Shown here: in pieces, positions 20,978 to 32,505 of the stretch
How positions within the stretch are numbered: position 1 is the first letter of the stretch
Layout of the letters: every line of letters begins with the position of its first letter
Origin: an uncultured Pseudomonadota bacterium
GTDB taxonomy: Bacteria; Oederibacteriota; Muellerivitia; Muellerivitales; Muellerivitaceae
Direction of reading: 5' to 3'
DNA length: 64,000 nt
NCBI GenBank assembly: GCA_963843375.1
Contig: CAWJKT010000008.1
Coordinates: forward strand, 32,001-96,000
The notes under the pieces: model-generated
Database searches by the model: none
The model's input: only the letters and a program-made list of their open reading frames with translations
Told to the model about the DNA's origin: nothing
Position numbers and translations under genes: made by a program

Positions 20978-22507
20978 TCACAATTTTCGCCGTTGGGAAG
21001 CGGAGGGGATTTTAAGCTCTTCTCGATATTTGGCGATGGTTCGACGGGCGATGCTGAGTCCCTGTTCATTCAACGCTTGCATGATCCTTTGGTCCGAAAA
21101 GGGTTTTTGGGGGGATTCCTGAGACACCAATTCCTTGATCTTTTCCTTAACCGACAAAGAAGACACGTCCAAACCATCCATCGATTCTAAACCGCTGGTG
21201 AAAAAATACTTCAATTCGAATAATCCCCGAGGTGTCTGCACGTACTTGTGGGTGGTTACTCGGCTTACCGTGGACTCGTGCATTCCGATGATGTCCGCCA
21301 CTTGTTTCAAAGTCAAAGGTTTTAAAACGCTAATCCCGATTTCAAGAAAATCTCGTTGAATTCGAAAAATGGCTTCGGTGACCCGGTAAATAGTTTTTCG
21401 CCTCTGTTCGATATTTTTAATTAACCAAATTGCCGATTGGATTTTGTTTTCTAGGAACTTTTTGGTTTCTTTCCCTTCAAGGGTTTTTTTGTCCTTTAAC
21501 AATCTCCTGTAATAAGGGGAAATCCGGAGTTTTGGTACTGGTTCGTCGTTTAAAACAACCACATACTCTCCATCCATTTTACGAACATACACATCCGGCG
21601 TGATGTACTTGGTTTCGTTTTCTTGAAAAGATCTTCCCGGTTTTGGCTCCAGTGTTGCGATAAAAGTTAAAATCTCCCGCAATTGTTCATCAGTACATCC
21701 CAGAGCTTTTGTGATAACAGGATATTTCCTTTTTTCCATTTCCTCAAAGTGGTCGTGCACTAATTGATAAGATTTGCGGGCCATTTCTCCGGTTTTATTT
21801 TCCAATTGGAGCAACAGGCATTCCCTTAAATTTCGAGCCCCAACCCCCGCGGGTTCAAAAGTCTGGATCAAACCCAATACCCGCTCGATCTCCTGAGAAG
21901 AAACTTCTTGTGAAGCCGCAATGTCCTCCACCTTATCCGTCAAGTATCCATTATCATCCAAGTTTCCGATAATGACTTTCCCAAGTTTTTTTTCCTGATC
22001 ATCCTTGGCAACCAGTAACAACTGCCACTCCAGGCTCTCCGATAGGGTCTGGGAACGAGTAATGGAAGCTTCCATGAAATCCCGTTTTTCCTGGTCGGTC
22101 TGGGAACTTTCACGCCCGCCAAACTCGGCGTCATTGGATTCTCCGTATTCTTCTGATTCCCTGTAAAGATTCCAGGTATCATCGCTAAATCGATCTCCAT
22201 CTTTTAAATGCTCAACCAAGTCGGTCTGATGCCGGTCTCGAGCCAATTCCAAAAGTTTATCTGAGTCGGGGTTGGACTGTTCGGAAGGAGGACCGTCCAT
22301 GGGTTCGGTGGGAGAAGCCTTATCGATGGTTTCAGAAGGGGTTTCTTCGTTTTCTTCCTCAAGAGTAGGGTTCTCCAAAATCTCTTTCTCAACCCATTCT
22401 TTTAATTCCAAGGTGGAAAGCTGAAGAATCTTCATGGCTTGCTGCAGCATCGGAGTCATGATCATCCGCTGCTGCATCTTTTGATTCATTCCAAACTGCT
22501 GCCGCAT
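20978..22507 (-). CDS. rpoN: RNA polymerase sigma-54 factor
   Basis: Gln-rich region I, HESTVSR, RpoN box ARRTIAKYRE. Confidence 0.98.
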   Translation of the reverse strand: MRQQFGMNQKMQQRMIMTPMLQQAMKILQLSTLELKEWVEKEILENPTLEEENEETPSETIDKASPTEPMDGPPSEQSNPDSDKLLELARDRHQTDLVEHLKDGDRFSDDTWNLYRESEEYGESNDAEFGGRESSQTDQEKRDFMEASITRSQTLSESLEWQLLLVAKDDQEKKLGKVIIGNLDDNGYLTDKVEDIAASQEVSSQEIERVLGLIQTFEPAGVGARNLRECLLLQLENKTGEMARKSYQLVHDHFEEMEKRKYPVITKALGCTDEQLREILTFIATLEPKPGRSFQENETKYITPDVYVRKMDGEYVVVLNDEPVPKLRISPYYRRLLKDKKTLEGKETKKFLENKIQSAIWLIKNIEQRRKTIYRVTEAIFRIQRDFLEIGISVLKPLTLKQVADIIGMHESTVSRVTTHKYVQTPRGLFELKYFFTSGLESMDGLDVSSLSVKEKIKELVSQESPQKPFSDQRIMQALNEQGLSIARRTIAKYREELKIPSASQRRKL

Positions 22508-22843
22508 AACTCATGCCACCTAAGGTAAATTATCCCACAGCAAGAATTATACCCTTTTGTGGTTAAGTGTTACTCATTAAAACGGGTGACTTTTCCAAGG
22601 ATAAAATCCGGGGAGGCAAGGTGTTGACCCATCATTTTATTATTAGGTAAATAATTTAAGGAACAAGGGTAGGTTCCCAATTCCCTCATTCTTCTTTTAT
22701 GGAGAATTCGGTGAAAAGGTTTGTATATCTGCTTGCAAGTATAATTCGCAAGGGATCAAAGAAAAACTCGGATTCTCAATTCGGCGACTCAATTTTGAGG
22801 CATGAACCCCGATAAAATCAATGATCGGTAAATAGATTTGCAC

Positions 22844-23176
22844 TTAACGGATCCACAATAAATAAACCAAGAAATTTAAGGCTAAAACCAAAGCTGCTCC
22901 ATAAAGGACGCCCCTGGCGACATGCGATTGATTCTTTTTCCTAAAAAAAAGAAAACAAGGAATGACATAAATCAACTGACTCAACCCACAAAACCCTAAG
23001 CTAAGCATAGGGAAAGTCGCCCAATCATTGGTAGGACCATTCGGACCCCAATCCGCCCAGGTGTCAAAAACAGCGTATGCAAGAAGAAACAAAGCAAAAA
23101 GAATGGCGAGAACTATTACCATTCCCTCGAAAACCTGGCGATGTTGGAAAGATTTCTCATCCATACTTCTTTTCAA
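22844..23176 (-). CDS. Small 3-TM hypothetical membrane protein
   Basis: Three hydrophobic segments; overlaps the amidohydrolase stop. Confidence 0.55.
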   Translation of the reverse strand: MKRSMDEKSFQHRQVFEGMVIVLAILFALFLLAYAVFDTWADWGPNGPTNDWATFPMLSLGFCGLSQLIYVIPCFLFFRKKNQSHVARGVLYGAALVLALNFLVYLLWIR

Positions 23177-24447
23177 CCAAACTTTCCTGCCAGCCCGCTT
23201 TGAATTTTGTTTTTTCCCATTGGCGGATCCAGAAATTCAGGTCAAAAGGTTGTGGGAACTCCAGTTCCCCGGCCGGATAGGGACGCCCCCCTTTAAAAAC
23301 CAATTTTAACGTGCGGAAATACTGTGGATCTTTCAAAGGATCGTGTTGATAAAGAGCCAAGTCAGCGAACTTTCCTTTCTCAATCGTTCCAAGTTTTTCT
23401 TCTACTCCCAGTATTTTCGCCGCGTCCCGGGTGGCCATTTTCAAGCACTGAAAAGAAGTTAATCCGGTCGTTTGCAAATCCTTCCATTCTTTCACCGAAA
23501 TTCCGAAAGGCATGTGGGGATTTCCCGCGTCCGTCCCATAGGCCACTCGGCCTCCAAAGCTCAGGAACCTTTCCAAGTTAATTTGACCCTGGTGATGCCC
23601 GGCCCTGAACCCGTGTTGGCAATACTGACCAAAGGGGTGGTCGCTCCTTCGTTTCCATTCTTCCGCCCAGCCCGCATGAGCGTGAAGAGTCGGCACGATC
23701 ACGATTTTCTTTTTAACGGCTTCTTTCCAAAGATCATCTGACACCGGTCGGGACGGAACATGGGCCACTTCATCCACACCGCTATTCACACAAACCTCAA
23801 AATCTTCCTCGTTGGTAATGTGAACTGTCACCCGTTTGGAATGTGCATGGGCTTCGGTCACAATCGCGGAAACCTCGGTCCGCGAAAGGCAAGGGCCTAA
23901 CTCATGTTCCATTCCTATTTTAATGACGTCCACACCCATCCCGATCAATTTTTTAACCTTGTCTTGAGCTTGATAACGCCCTTGAACGGTCGCCGAGATT
24001 TTGGGGCCCCAGACGTTTTCGGGATATCCTTTCGGGACAGGTTAAAACGGGCCCGGAGACGAAAAGACGCGGAGAAGCGATAAGTCCCGACTGTTCCTTG
24101 GCTTTCCATGCAATCGCGTCATACAAATCGCTGGCGAGGTCCCTAACGCTGGTCACCCCATTCCTCAAAAAGCTGGCGAGTGTTTTTTCATCCACCAAAC
24201 CGTGAACATGCAGATCGATCAAACCCGGGAGCGCGAAAAGTCCTCGGCCGTCAATGATTTCGGCAGCCTGATAAGCTGGCGCTTTCGAATGAAGACCGGC
24301 ATAAGCAATTTTTTCCCCCGATAAGAGAATCGTGGAATCCGCAGCGGCCTTATCTTTGGCCCCATCATAAAGTGTTACTTTTTCAATCGCCGTGTTAATT
24401 TGAAGCATAGAACCCCAAAAAAACTTTGGTTTTAAGTGAACAAACAA
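23157..24447 (-). CDS. Metal-dependent amidohydrolase (apparent +1 frameshift near 24035; start uncertain)
   Basis: PGLIDLHVH and GVTSVRD in upstream ORF; IKI, VH, AH, YGTDAG, GTIEKGKFADL in downstream ORF; removing one base gives CPKGYPENVWG... Confidence 0.85.
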
Positions 24448-24829
24448 AACGATAAATATCGGCTTTGTTCAAAACAGAAAAAACTCGGATTACAAAAATG
24501 GCAAAAGAGGGCAAACATCTGAAATGGCATATTCGCTCTGATCCTGGAAGACATGCAGGTTGAAAAAATGCCACGGCGGGGTTTGGAGCCGCAACCACCT
24601 GTTAGCCTCGGCCCCCGTGGAAACATCCGCCAAATCCTGATCAGGCACTAACATCTCCCTTCCTGCTTTTTGAGCTCCGGGAGTACAGCGTTCCTGGGGG
24701 ATAATAACCACCGTCTGGTGTACCGTATGGTCCCAAGCCCAACGTCGGGGCACAAACGAAATAATCGCAACTAAATATAAGTAGAAATTTAAGTTTGCTT
24801 TTAGCGGCAATTGGATTTTACCCATAAAT

Positions 24830-24855
24830 AAAAAACCCGGGATTTTTTCCCGGGC
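24830..24855 (-). terminator. Intrinsic terminator after ino1
   Basis: CCCGGGA-loop-TCCCGGG stem followed by a U-tract on the minus strand. Confidence 0.7.
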
Positions 24856-24880
24856 TTGGGGAATTTTAATCGGCTCTTTT

Positions 24881-25981
24881 TTACCGCGCCTTCACCGGTT
24901 CCCCGGCTTTGGAGTACTTGGCAATAAATGTTTCCACCAATTCATGGGCCTCAGCATCCGAATATTGAACGGGAGGTGTCTTAAAGAAGTAGGAGGAGGG
25001 TCCTTCTAAGGAACCCGCCAATTTAGAATCCAAAGCCAATTTGCAGCAACGAATAGCGTCAATACCAACCCCTGCGCTGTTGGGAGAATCCCAAACCTCC
25101 AATTTAAGTTCAATGGTTACTGGTACATCCCCAAATTCCCGGCCTTCCAAGCGAATATGGGCCCATTTGCGATCCTGCAACCAGGGAACATAATCCGAAG
25201 GTCCAATATAGATATTGTCCGGGTCAATGGGATGAGATAATTGGCTGACCACCGCGCCGGTTTTAGAGATTTTTTTGGATTCCAAACGTTCCCGTTCCAA
25301 CATATTTTTGAAATCCATGTTTCCGCCAAAATTTAGTTGAGATGTCCGGTCCAAGGCCACTCCGCGGTCGGAAAACATCTTAGCAAGGATACGATGAGTG
25401 ATAGTCGCGCCAACTTGGGCCTTAATATCGTCACCCAGAATCGGGAGACCTGCTTGCTCAAATTTTTTAGCCCAAGCAGGGTTTGAGGCGATGAATACCG
25501 GCATACAGTTGACCACGCCAACTCCCGCCTTGATGGCCTCATTCATGTAAAACTTGGTGGCTTCCTCACTACCCACCGGCAAGTAATTGATAAGGACGTC
25601 GGTCTTGGTTTCTTTAAGGATTTGGGCGATGTCGGCTGGTTTCTCAGGAGATTCGGTCACAACTTCTCGGTAATACTTGCCGAGTCCATCGTAAGTATGT
25701 CCACGGTAAACTTTGACATCCAATTTAGGCACTTCACAAAACTTGATGGTGTTATTAATGGGAGTAAAGATGGCCTCACCCAGGTCTTTGCCAACCTTGT
25801 TGGAGTCCACATCAAAGGCACAGGAAAACTCAATGTCCCCCACGTGGTATTTACCCAAGCGAACATGCATTAGCCCTGGAACAAAACCCTCTTCCTCGGC
25901 GTTTTGGTAATACCGCACGCCCTGTACCAATGAAGAAGCGCAACAACCCACCCCTACGATCGCAACCCGAATTTTAGCCAT
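24881..25981 (-). CDS. ino1: myo-inositol-1(3)-phosphate synthase
   Basis: [57 protein letters not shown]. Confidence 0.95.
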   Translation of the reverse strand: MAKIRVAIVGVGCCASSLVQGVRYYQNAEEEGFVPGLMHVRLGKYHVGDIEFSCAFDVDSNKVGKDLGEAIFTPINNTIKFCEVPKLDVKVYRGHTYDGLGKYYREVVTESPEKPADIAQILKETKTDVLINYLPVGSEEATKFYMNEAIKAGVGVVNCMPVFIASNPAWAKKFEQAGLPILGDDIKAQVGATITHRILAKMFSDRGVALDRTSQLNFGGNMDFKNMLERERLESKKISKTGAVVSQLSHPIDPDNIYIGPSDYVPWLQDRKWAHIRLEGREFGDVPVTIELKLEVWDSPNSAGVGIDAIRCCKLALDSKLAGSLEGPSSYFFKTPPVQYSDAEAHELVETFIAKYSKAGEPVKAR

Positions 25982-26013
25982 AACCCCAGGAACCTCCCGA
26001 CAAAATGGCAGCT

Positions 26014-26619
26014 TTACCTGCTTTTAACATTCCGCATTTCAATCCAAACCCGGCGTACCCGTTGAATCACCGTCACCAGGGATAAAACTCCAACCACTTC
26101 CAGGGCAGGAATCAGATGGGCAAATAAAAGACCCAGAGCCAACAGGATAACCCTCCCGGGCCGGGGTAATAAACCTATCTCGCATTCAATTCCAAGACCT
26201 TCCGCCCGAGCCCTGGTATATGAGACTAACTGGGTTAATATACAGACGCCAAAAGCCATTAGAAGAGCCTGAGGATTCTGGTGTTGGTAATAATACAATA
26301 GAAATCCGCCAAAAACGACCGCTTCTGACACCCGGTCCAAGGTTGAATCCCAAAATGCCCCAAAAGGCTTCGGAAGACCATTATTCCTAGCTAATGATCC
26401 ATCCAGAACATCGAAGAAACCCGCCCCTAATAGCCATAAGCCCGCGGGCACCCAGCTTTCTTTCAGCAATTCAAACGGTACCATGAAGGTGACCAAGACT
26501 CCGAGGAAGGTCAAGATATTGGGACTAATGCCTAGGGCTCTCAAAAACACGCACAATGGTCTTAAAGTGCGATCGATCCAAGTTTTAAAGCGATTTTTTT
26601 TTTGCGAGGAATTTTTGAT
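26014..26619 (-). CDS. CDP-alcohol phosphatidyltransferase (PIP-synthase-like); start uncertain (ATC 26619 or TTG 26556)
   Basis: [15 protein letters not shown]8[10 protein letters not shown] signature; [12 protein letters not shown]. Confidence 0.88.
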   Translation of the reverse strand: MKNSSQKKNRFKTWIDRTLRPLCVFLRALGISPNILTFLGVLVTFMVPFELLKESWVPAGLWLLGAGFFDVLDGSLARNNGLPKPFGAFWDSTLDRVSEAVVFGGFLLYYYQHQNPQALLMAFGVCILTQLVSYTRARAEGLGIECEIGLLPRPGRVILLALGLLFAHLIPALEVVGVLSLVTVIQRVRRVWIEMRNVKSR

Positions 26620-26634
26620 GGAGTTCTCCCGGGA

Positions 26635-27372
26635 TTATTTAAGCGAAAACCGTTCACCTAGATAAATCTCACGGGCTTTCTTATTGGACGCCAATTTCGC
26701 AGCCGTTCCCGAAAGTAGGATCTTCCCTTCGAACATGATGTAAGCCCGGTCGACGATCGAAAGGGTTTCGCGAACATTATGGTCGGTGATAAGAATTCCT
26801 ATTTTCTTTTTCTTGAGGAATCGAATGATGCCTTGAATATCCTGGACCGCAATTGGATCGATACCCACGAAAGGCTCATCCAAAAGTATAAAATTAGGTT
26901 GTAGAACTAAGGCCCTGGCGATCTCCACCCGCCGTCGTTCACCTCCCGACAAGGTGTAGGCTTTTTGTTTGGATAGGTGGGTGACTTTCAGCTCTTCCAA
27001 CAACTCCTGTTTCCTTTTTTCCCTATCCACTTTGGAGAGAGGCGTCAGCTCGAGGATCGCCATGAGGTTCTCCTCGACCGAAAGTTTGCGGAAAATGGAG
27101 GCTTCTTGCGGAAGATAAGCTATCCCCATCCGTGCCCTTTTATACATGGGCATATGGGTGATGTCATGCGTATGGCCTTCTTCCTCAAAAAAAACACGGC
27201 CAGAATCGGGGGCAATAAAACCGGTTGTCATGTAAAAGGTGGTGGTCTTCCCGGCGCCATTAGGTCCCAAAAGTCCAACAACTTCTCCCTGATGGACCTC
27301 AATGGAAACATGGTCCACAACTTTTTTTCGGGAATAAAGTTTCACCAAATTTTGAGTCCGAAGGATTTTCAC
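26635..27372 (-). CDS. lptB: LPS export ABC ATPase
   Basis: [43 protein letters not shown]. Confidence 0.96.
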   Translation of the reverse strand: MKILRTQNLVKLYSRKKVVDHVSIEVHQGEVVGLLGPNGAGKTTTFYMTTGFIAPDSGRVFFEEEGHTHDITHMPMYKRARMGIAYLPQEASIFRKLSVEENLMAILELTPLSKVDREKRKQELLEELKVTHLSKQKAYTLSGGERRRVEIARALVLQPNFILLDEPFVGIDPIAVQDIQGIIRFLKKKKIGILITDHNVRETLSIVDRAYIMFEGKILLSGTAAKLASNKKAREIYLGERFSLK

Positions 27373-27417
27373 TGGTTACAGCCTCGTGTAAAAATATTTA
27401 GTTTCAAAAAACGAACT

Positions 27418-28416
27418 TCAATACCCATTCGAACGCGGGATTGAACCCGGAATGCCCGGCGCAGCGGTGCTGCCATTGCCTAGACCGTTGGTATTCGAAC
27501 TTGGAGCAGAATTACTGATAGCCTTAGTTGCGCTGGACGTTCCGGGGGTCGGGCTTCCGGACTTTCCCGTTTTGTTATCCATGGAAGCGGTTACGGGCTT
27601 TCCGTTGGGATTAAAGATGGCGTCCGCCATGCCTTCCACAAAAACATTCCGATCCCCCCCCATACTAGAAACAATTCGGCGTCCCGTCAAAAGCCCGTTG
27701 TCGGTAAAAACTTTAGGATCTTCCTCCAGCACAAACTTATCGTCCTGTGAGAGGAAAGTCGCTTTTTGGGCTTCCGCATGCCCATCTCTATGGATGATCT
27801 GGACGTTTTGGTTAATAACCACCGTTTTTTTCTTCGAGTCCACTTCCATTTGCCGCCCCGTAATCGTGATGGGATGCCCGTTTTCGTCCAAAGTCGTTAA
27901 AACCGGATGATCGTGAGCCGTCATCAATTCCATGAGATCTTGGTATTCCAAATTTCCACAGGTGAGGGTGATTCCTTGACTTGAATCCACCACATGCACA
28001 TGACCATTGGCGGTAGCTTCCCGATTATCTTCCATAGCGTGGATTTCGTCGGATAAAAGGATAATTTTATCGTGGGTGGCTTTCACGTCGCCCGTAAAAA
28101 GGGTAAGACCTTTAAGTTTTTCAAACGTGAGCTGGTGAGATGAGATATTAACGGGTTTTTGAGATGTAACTTTTTGGTCGTTTTCAGCTTCAAAGGCCGA
28201 AAGAAAATCAACCACTCCGAAAAAAAATAAAAACAAAAGGACTAAAACGGAAGTTTTAAAACCCAAGGCCGCCTTATCGAAAACGCGGCCATCGGTAAAA
28301 CCCGATATGGATTGATGTGAAATACCGCTAATAAAACCACAGGACCGCGCCAAGATCGACCGGTTTTGAGCGGGTATAGAAATATTTATTCCTGGTTTAG
28401 AATTCATTTTTTCCAC
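27418..28416 (-). CDS. lptA: LptA/OstA-like LPS transport protein (start uncertain)
   Basis: OstA-like beta-jellyroll repeats (FTGDVKAT, ATANGHVHV); lies between lptC and lptB. Confidence 0.75.
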   Translation of the reverse strand: MEKMNSKPGINISIPAQNRSILARSCGFISGISHQSISGFTDGRVFDKAALGFKTSVLVLLFLFFFGVVDFLSAFEAENDQKVTSQKPVNISSHQLTFEKLKGLTLFTGDVKATHDKIILLSDEIHAMEDNREATANGHVHVVDSSQGITLTCGNLEYQDLMELMTAHDHPVLTTLDENGHPITITGRQMEVDSKKKTVVINQNVQIIHRDGHAEAQKATFLSQDDKFVLEEDPKVFTDNGLLTGRRIVSSMGGDRNVFVEGMADAIFNPNGKPVTASMDNKTGKSGSPTPGTSSATKAISNSAPSSNTNGLGNGSTAAPGIPGSIPRSNGY

Positions 28417-28422
28417 GTTTGA

Positions 28423-29085
28423 TTAAAAAGGCTTCGCTTTTGAAAAATTCTGAATCTCATGGGTATCCCTTACTTGTGTCCGTACGTCTTTGTTGAACCG
28501 AATATTGTTTAATTGGGTATCAGCAACCAATCCCACAGCGGTGATATCATCCATACCTTTAAAAACATGGACCAAATCATCGGTTTTGATCAGGTCGGTA
28601 GCGGGGTCCCAGTTAAGCTTATCAGTCTCCAGTTTCGATCCGTTTTCCACGATCAATTCCACGTGACCTACGGCCTGAGTTGCGTTGGTCTCGGTGTTCA
28701 CAATGGCACTATCGGCGGTCAGAGTCGAGACCAACTTGTCTTTTTTATAGTACTGGGCGTAAATATTATCGGAATAAGATTGTTTTTGATTTTGATATAA
28801 CCTGGCCACATCGGAATAAAATTCCCACCGCTTTTTGCCCTGTACCGTTGAAACCAAATGAAATTTTTCAATAGTAGCGTCGGGGGAATTCGCTCCCTCG
28901 GACATAGTTTCAGGGGTAGTGGGCGTGGAATTATTTTTAAATAACCCCAACGCTAAAACAATTATGATCGCAACCGCGACCCCCAAAAGCCAAAAATATC
29001 TTTTCAGGCGGACGGATCGGGGCTCTTCCTCGGGAACTTCAACTATAGGTTCCAAGGGAACAGAAAGGGTCTTATTTTTCGGCAT
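28423..29085 (-). CDS. lptC: LPS export protein LptC
   Basis: Single TM; LETDKLNWD, IKTDDLV; synteny with lptA/lptB. Confidence 0.8.
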   Translation of the reverse strand: MPKNKTLSVPLEPIVEVPEEEPRSVRLKRYFWLLGVAVAIIIVLALGLFKNNSTPTTPETMSEGANSPDATIEKFHLVSTVQGKKRWEFYSDVARLYQNQKQSYSDNIYAQYYKKDKLVSTLTADSAIVNTETNATQAVGHVELIVENGSKLETDKLNWDPATDLIKTDDLVHVFKGMDDITAVGLVADTQLNNIRFNKDVRTQVRDTHEIQNFSKAKPF

Positions 29086-29178
29086 AGAACGACCTTCGCT
29101 TACGCATCAATATTTCGTTTTTTAGTCTAACCCGCAGATAGGGACCGCAGGGCCAAATCGAACACAGTATACCCCGAA

Positions 29179-30088
29179 TCAGAAGGGCCAATCACCCTTC
29201 TTGGGCTTTGTTTTCCACCGCTCATGCATCCACATCCATTGGCCAGGGAAGGCCCTGAACATAGGATTCAATGACTTCGGTATAAAGGCGGACGGTTTCA
29301 AGTATGTCCTTTTCTTTGTCCGGGGTTTGGGGAACTTCTATTTCTTTTTCCACGCAAACCTCGAACTTTCCATCCGGTCCCCGTACCACAAAAGCTGGCA
29401 CCAAAGCGGCTCCGGTCTTTCGGGCGATCCGGGCTATCCCCGACTGGGTCCAAGCCGGTTTCCCGAAAAAGGGTACAAAGACTCCGTCATTCCCGGTGTC
29501 CTGATCGCACAAGGCCAGGATAAACTGCCCTTCCTTCAGTGCGTCCAGAATGCCCCTCAAAGCGAGTCCCCTTTTAATCATTAAAGTCGCGCCTAATTTT
29601 TCACTGCGAAACCAATTCACCAGGTCGTCAAATCTTCGGTCATAAAGGTTCTGGGCCAAGGCCGATCCCTTACCTTGGGTGCCCAGGAACCCCCCCAATA
29701 ATTCCCAATTGCCCAAATGGGCGGTCACAACGAAAAGTCCCTTACCGCGATTTAAAGCCCTTTTAAAATTTTCCAGGCCTTTGACTCGGGCCACCTGGGA
29801 TACGATTTCTTCCCGGGTCCAATTTAACTGACGGATTATCTCAAAAAGATTTTGGCCCAATCCAACCCATACGGCTTTGGCCATTCGTTGTTTTTCAATC
29901 GAACTCAATTCGACAGGGTAAGCTGTGGAAATGCTTTCAAGAGTTTTCTCCCTTTCACTTTTGGAAAAGGAAAAAACAAGACCGCCGAACACTCGGCCTA
30001 AAACTTGTACCCATCGAAAAGGCAAAAACAATAGGATAGCGATGATCCATTGGGACAAGTAATAGATGATGTGATTTTTAAGCTTCAT
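29179..30088 (-). CDS. Lipid A late acyltransferase family (LpxL/HtrB-like; +1 frameshift near 29258)
   Basis: AHLGNWE, DQD, FVPFFG; conserved C-terminal PGQWMWMHERWK lies in a shifted frame ending at TGA 29179. Confidence 0.85.
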
Positions 30089-30126
30089 ATCGCTTTTCTT
30101 CTCCCCCGGGGTGGGTCAACAAACCG

Positions 30127-30681
30127 CTAGGTAAATAAATTGTTGGAGGAGGAGGCTTTTTGGTTATTGGCTTGGTGGAAAAGTTTAACGGTTTGGTTCC
30201 ATCGGCCTTGGGCTTTCAAAATTTTTTCCACCACTTCCCGGAAGGCCCCTTCACCAGCGGAAGTCCGGGTAACGTAATGGACCCTCTTTTTCACCTCCGA
30301 ACGGCCGTAAGGAACCGTGGCGGACCAACCCACCTTTGTCAAAAGGGGCAGATCGATCAAGTCATCCCCCATATAGGCAACTTGGGAAAGATTCAAGCCA
30401 AGTTTTTTGCAAAGGTTTTGGGCAACCGTCAGTTTGTCCAGTTTGCCCTGATAAAGAAATGGAATTTTCAGGTGTCTGGCGCGCTTTTCCACTGGTTTGG
30501 AAAGCCGTCCGGAGAGCCAGCCCACGGGAAGGTTTCCATAGGCGGCTAAACGGTGGCCGATTCCATCCTGGATGTCGAAACCCACGAATTCTTCTTCAAG
30601 GCCTAGGTAAACTTTTCCGTTGGTCAATACACCATCCACATCGGTCAAAAGCAGCTTGATGTTTTTCAGTTTCATAACCAT
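30127..30681 (-). CDS. kdsC: KDO-8-phosphate phosphatase
   Basis: DVDGVLT, AYMGDDLIDLP, GEGAFRE. Confidence 0.9.
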   Translation of the reverse strand: MVMKLKNIKLLLTDVDGVLTNGKVYLGLEEEFVGFDIQDGIGHRLAAYGNLPVGWLSGRLSKPVEKRARHLKIPFLYQGKLDKLTVAQNLCKKLGLNLSQVAYMGDDLIDLPLLTKVGWSATVPYGRSEVKKRVHYVTRTSAGEGAFREVVEKILKAQGRWNQTVKLFHQANNQKASSSNNLFT

Positions 30682-30746
30682 CGCCCTTTTAAATCGTTCT
30701 TTGGGACCCGTCGATGGCGTCCGTCTTCCTTAACAGAAGATTCCTG

Positions 30747-31724
30747 TTAAACAATTTTTATTCTTCCCCGCCCCAATAAATCGTGTAAATGCACCAAACC
30801 AACCGGACGCTTTTGGTTATCCACCACGATCAATTGAAATATGGATTTTTCTTCGATTAATTGAAGGGCTTGGGCAAGACTTGCTTCAGAAGAAACCGTA
30901 CTGGGATGGGGTGACCGTAGGTTGGAAGCGTTCCAGCGTCGGATATCGGGATCTTTCAGTAGGGCCCTGCGCAGATCTCCATCCACAATGATTCCCTTGA
31001 GCTTTTTTTGGGAATCAACCACGCAAGTGGCTCCGACTTTTTTCTCGTTAATCTCCCGGACTATCCTCGGGAAGTCGGCGGTCAAAGGAACCCGGGGCAC
31101 ATCAGCCCCCACACGCATGATATCCGAAACCTTCAAATGAAGGCGCTTTCCCAACTCGCCCGCCGGATGGAAAAGAGCAAAGTCTTTTTCCGTGAATCCT
31201 TGTTCTTCCATTAGCGCTACCGCCAAAGCATCCCCCATGGCAAGCGCGGCAGTCGTACTGGCGGTCGGAGCCAGCCTGAAGGGACAGGCTTCTTTTTTAA
31301 CCCCCACATCCACCACCACGTCGCAGAAACGGGCTAAAGTGGAATGGACATCACCGGTAAAAAGGACGGTTTTACAGCCCATGCGTTTGAGCAGGGGCAG
31401 GAGGGTTTTTAATTCTTCCGTCTCGCCGCTATTGGAAAGGGCGAGGACCACATCTCCCTTGGCGGCTTTGCCCATGTCCCCGTGAAGCGCCTCGGCGGGA
31501 CTTAAAAAAAGAGCGGGCGTCCCGGTGGACGAAAGGGTGGCCGCGATTTTCTGGCTCACAAGCCCAGACTTTCCCATTCCCGTCACGACAACTCGTCCCT
31601 TGGAACGCAGGATCAGTTTCACCACCGTTTCAAAGGATTTTCCAACTTTACGGGAAAGACGGAGTAATCCCTCAGCCTCGATTTTCAGAACTCGTCTGGC
31701 GGTCAAAATGCTCATCGAAATCAC
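30747..31724 (-). CDS. kdsD: Arabinose-5-phosphate isomerase (KpsF/GutQ, SIS+CBS)
   Basis: GMGKSG, EALHGD, APTASTT, HPAGELG, CBS pair. Confidence 0.93.
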   Translation of the reverse strand: MISMSILTARRVLKIEAEGLLRLSRKVGKSFETVVKLILRSKGRVVVTGMGKSGLVSQKIAATLSSTGTPALFLSPAEALHGDMGKAAKGDVVLALSNSGETEELKTLLPLLKRMGCKTVLFTGDVHSTLARFCDVVVDVGVKKEACPFRLAPTASTTAALAMGDALAVALMEEQGFTEKDFALFHPAGELGKRLHLKVSDIMRVGADVPRVPLTADFPRIVREINEKKVGATCVVDSQKKLKGIIVDGDLRRALLKDPDIRRWNASNLRSPHPSTVSSEASLAQALQLIEEKSIFQLIVVDNQKRPVGLVHLHDLLGRGRIKIV

Positions 31725-31770
31725 CTTCGTAGGGCGTAGCGCCTATATAAACTTCCCGAAAGACCCCATC

Positions 31771-32505
31771 CTAATCTCTAACATATAAATATCGTCCGCA
31801 GTTGCAGCGTTGAATCGCGATGTTTTTACGGATTTCATTAAGTATCTGGGGTGAAACATTCATGTTGCATCCGCTGCAACTTTCGTCTTCCCTCACCGCC
31901 GCTACTGCTATTTTCTTGCCGTTATTGCGCAATTTCTCGTAGCCTTCCGCGAAATCGGGGGGGATTTCGGCCAATTGTTTTTTCCGCTCTTCCTTCTTTT
32001 CCACCACTGATTTATCGCAATCGGCGATTTTTTGTTGAATGTCCTTTTTGTCCTCGGCGGCCTTTTTCTCAGCCACAACCAGTTCTTGGCTTAGGTTTTG
32101 AATATAAACCTTTTGTTCGTCTTCTTTAAAAAGGGACTCCAATACCTTTTCCTCAATCTTCGCCTTATCCTCTTTGCTTTTTTCGATTTCCTGTTTGAGA
32201 GCCGTGAATTGTTCGTTGCTTTTGACTTCATTCTGCTGTCCCAGGTATTTGGAGATTTTTGTCTCGAGTGTCCCGGCTTCAATCTCCTGGGTCTTGCGTT
32301 GTTTCAAAAGGTCTTCCATCTTCTTTTTTTCGTTTTGGAGATGGTTTTTCAAGGCAAGGACATTGGTTTCCAAAGTGGAGATTTCTTGGAGAAACCCTTT
32401 TTTAATCCGTTCCAATTCATCGAATCCAGAGTCTGTCTTTTGTAGTTCAACCAGTTTTTGCAAAGTTTCGGCGAAATCCAAGGAATACCCTTTCTTTACC
32501 GGCAT
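31771..32505 (-). CDS. Coiled-coil protein with C-terminal C4 zinc ribbon (DUF164-like)
   Basis: Long coiled coil; CSGC...CNCGRYL. Confidence 0.85.
   Translation of the reverse strand: MPVKKGYSLDFAETLQKLVELQKTDSGFDELERIKKGFLQEISTLETNVLALKNHLQNEKKKMEDLLKQRKTQEIEAGTLETKISKYLGQQNEVKSNEQFTALKQEIEKSKEDKAKIEEKVLESLFKEDEQKVYIQNLSQELVVAEKKAAEDKKDIQQKIADCDKSVVEKKEERKKQLAEIPPDFAEGYEKLRNNGKKIAVAAVREDESCSGCNMNVSPQILNEIRKNIAIQRCNCGRYLYVRD

Noticed and set aside
20785..20978. raiA-motif RNA upstream of hpf
   Set aside because: Short region with an ordinary TTGACT/TAGAAT promoter-like signal and no extensive pairing seen
24490..24825. 111-aa ORF between ino1 and the amidohydrolase
   Set aside because: No recognisable motif or RBS and starts right at a terminator; may be an error-broken gene but cannot be supported
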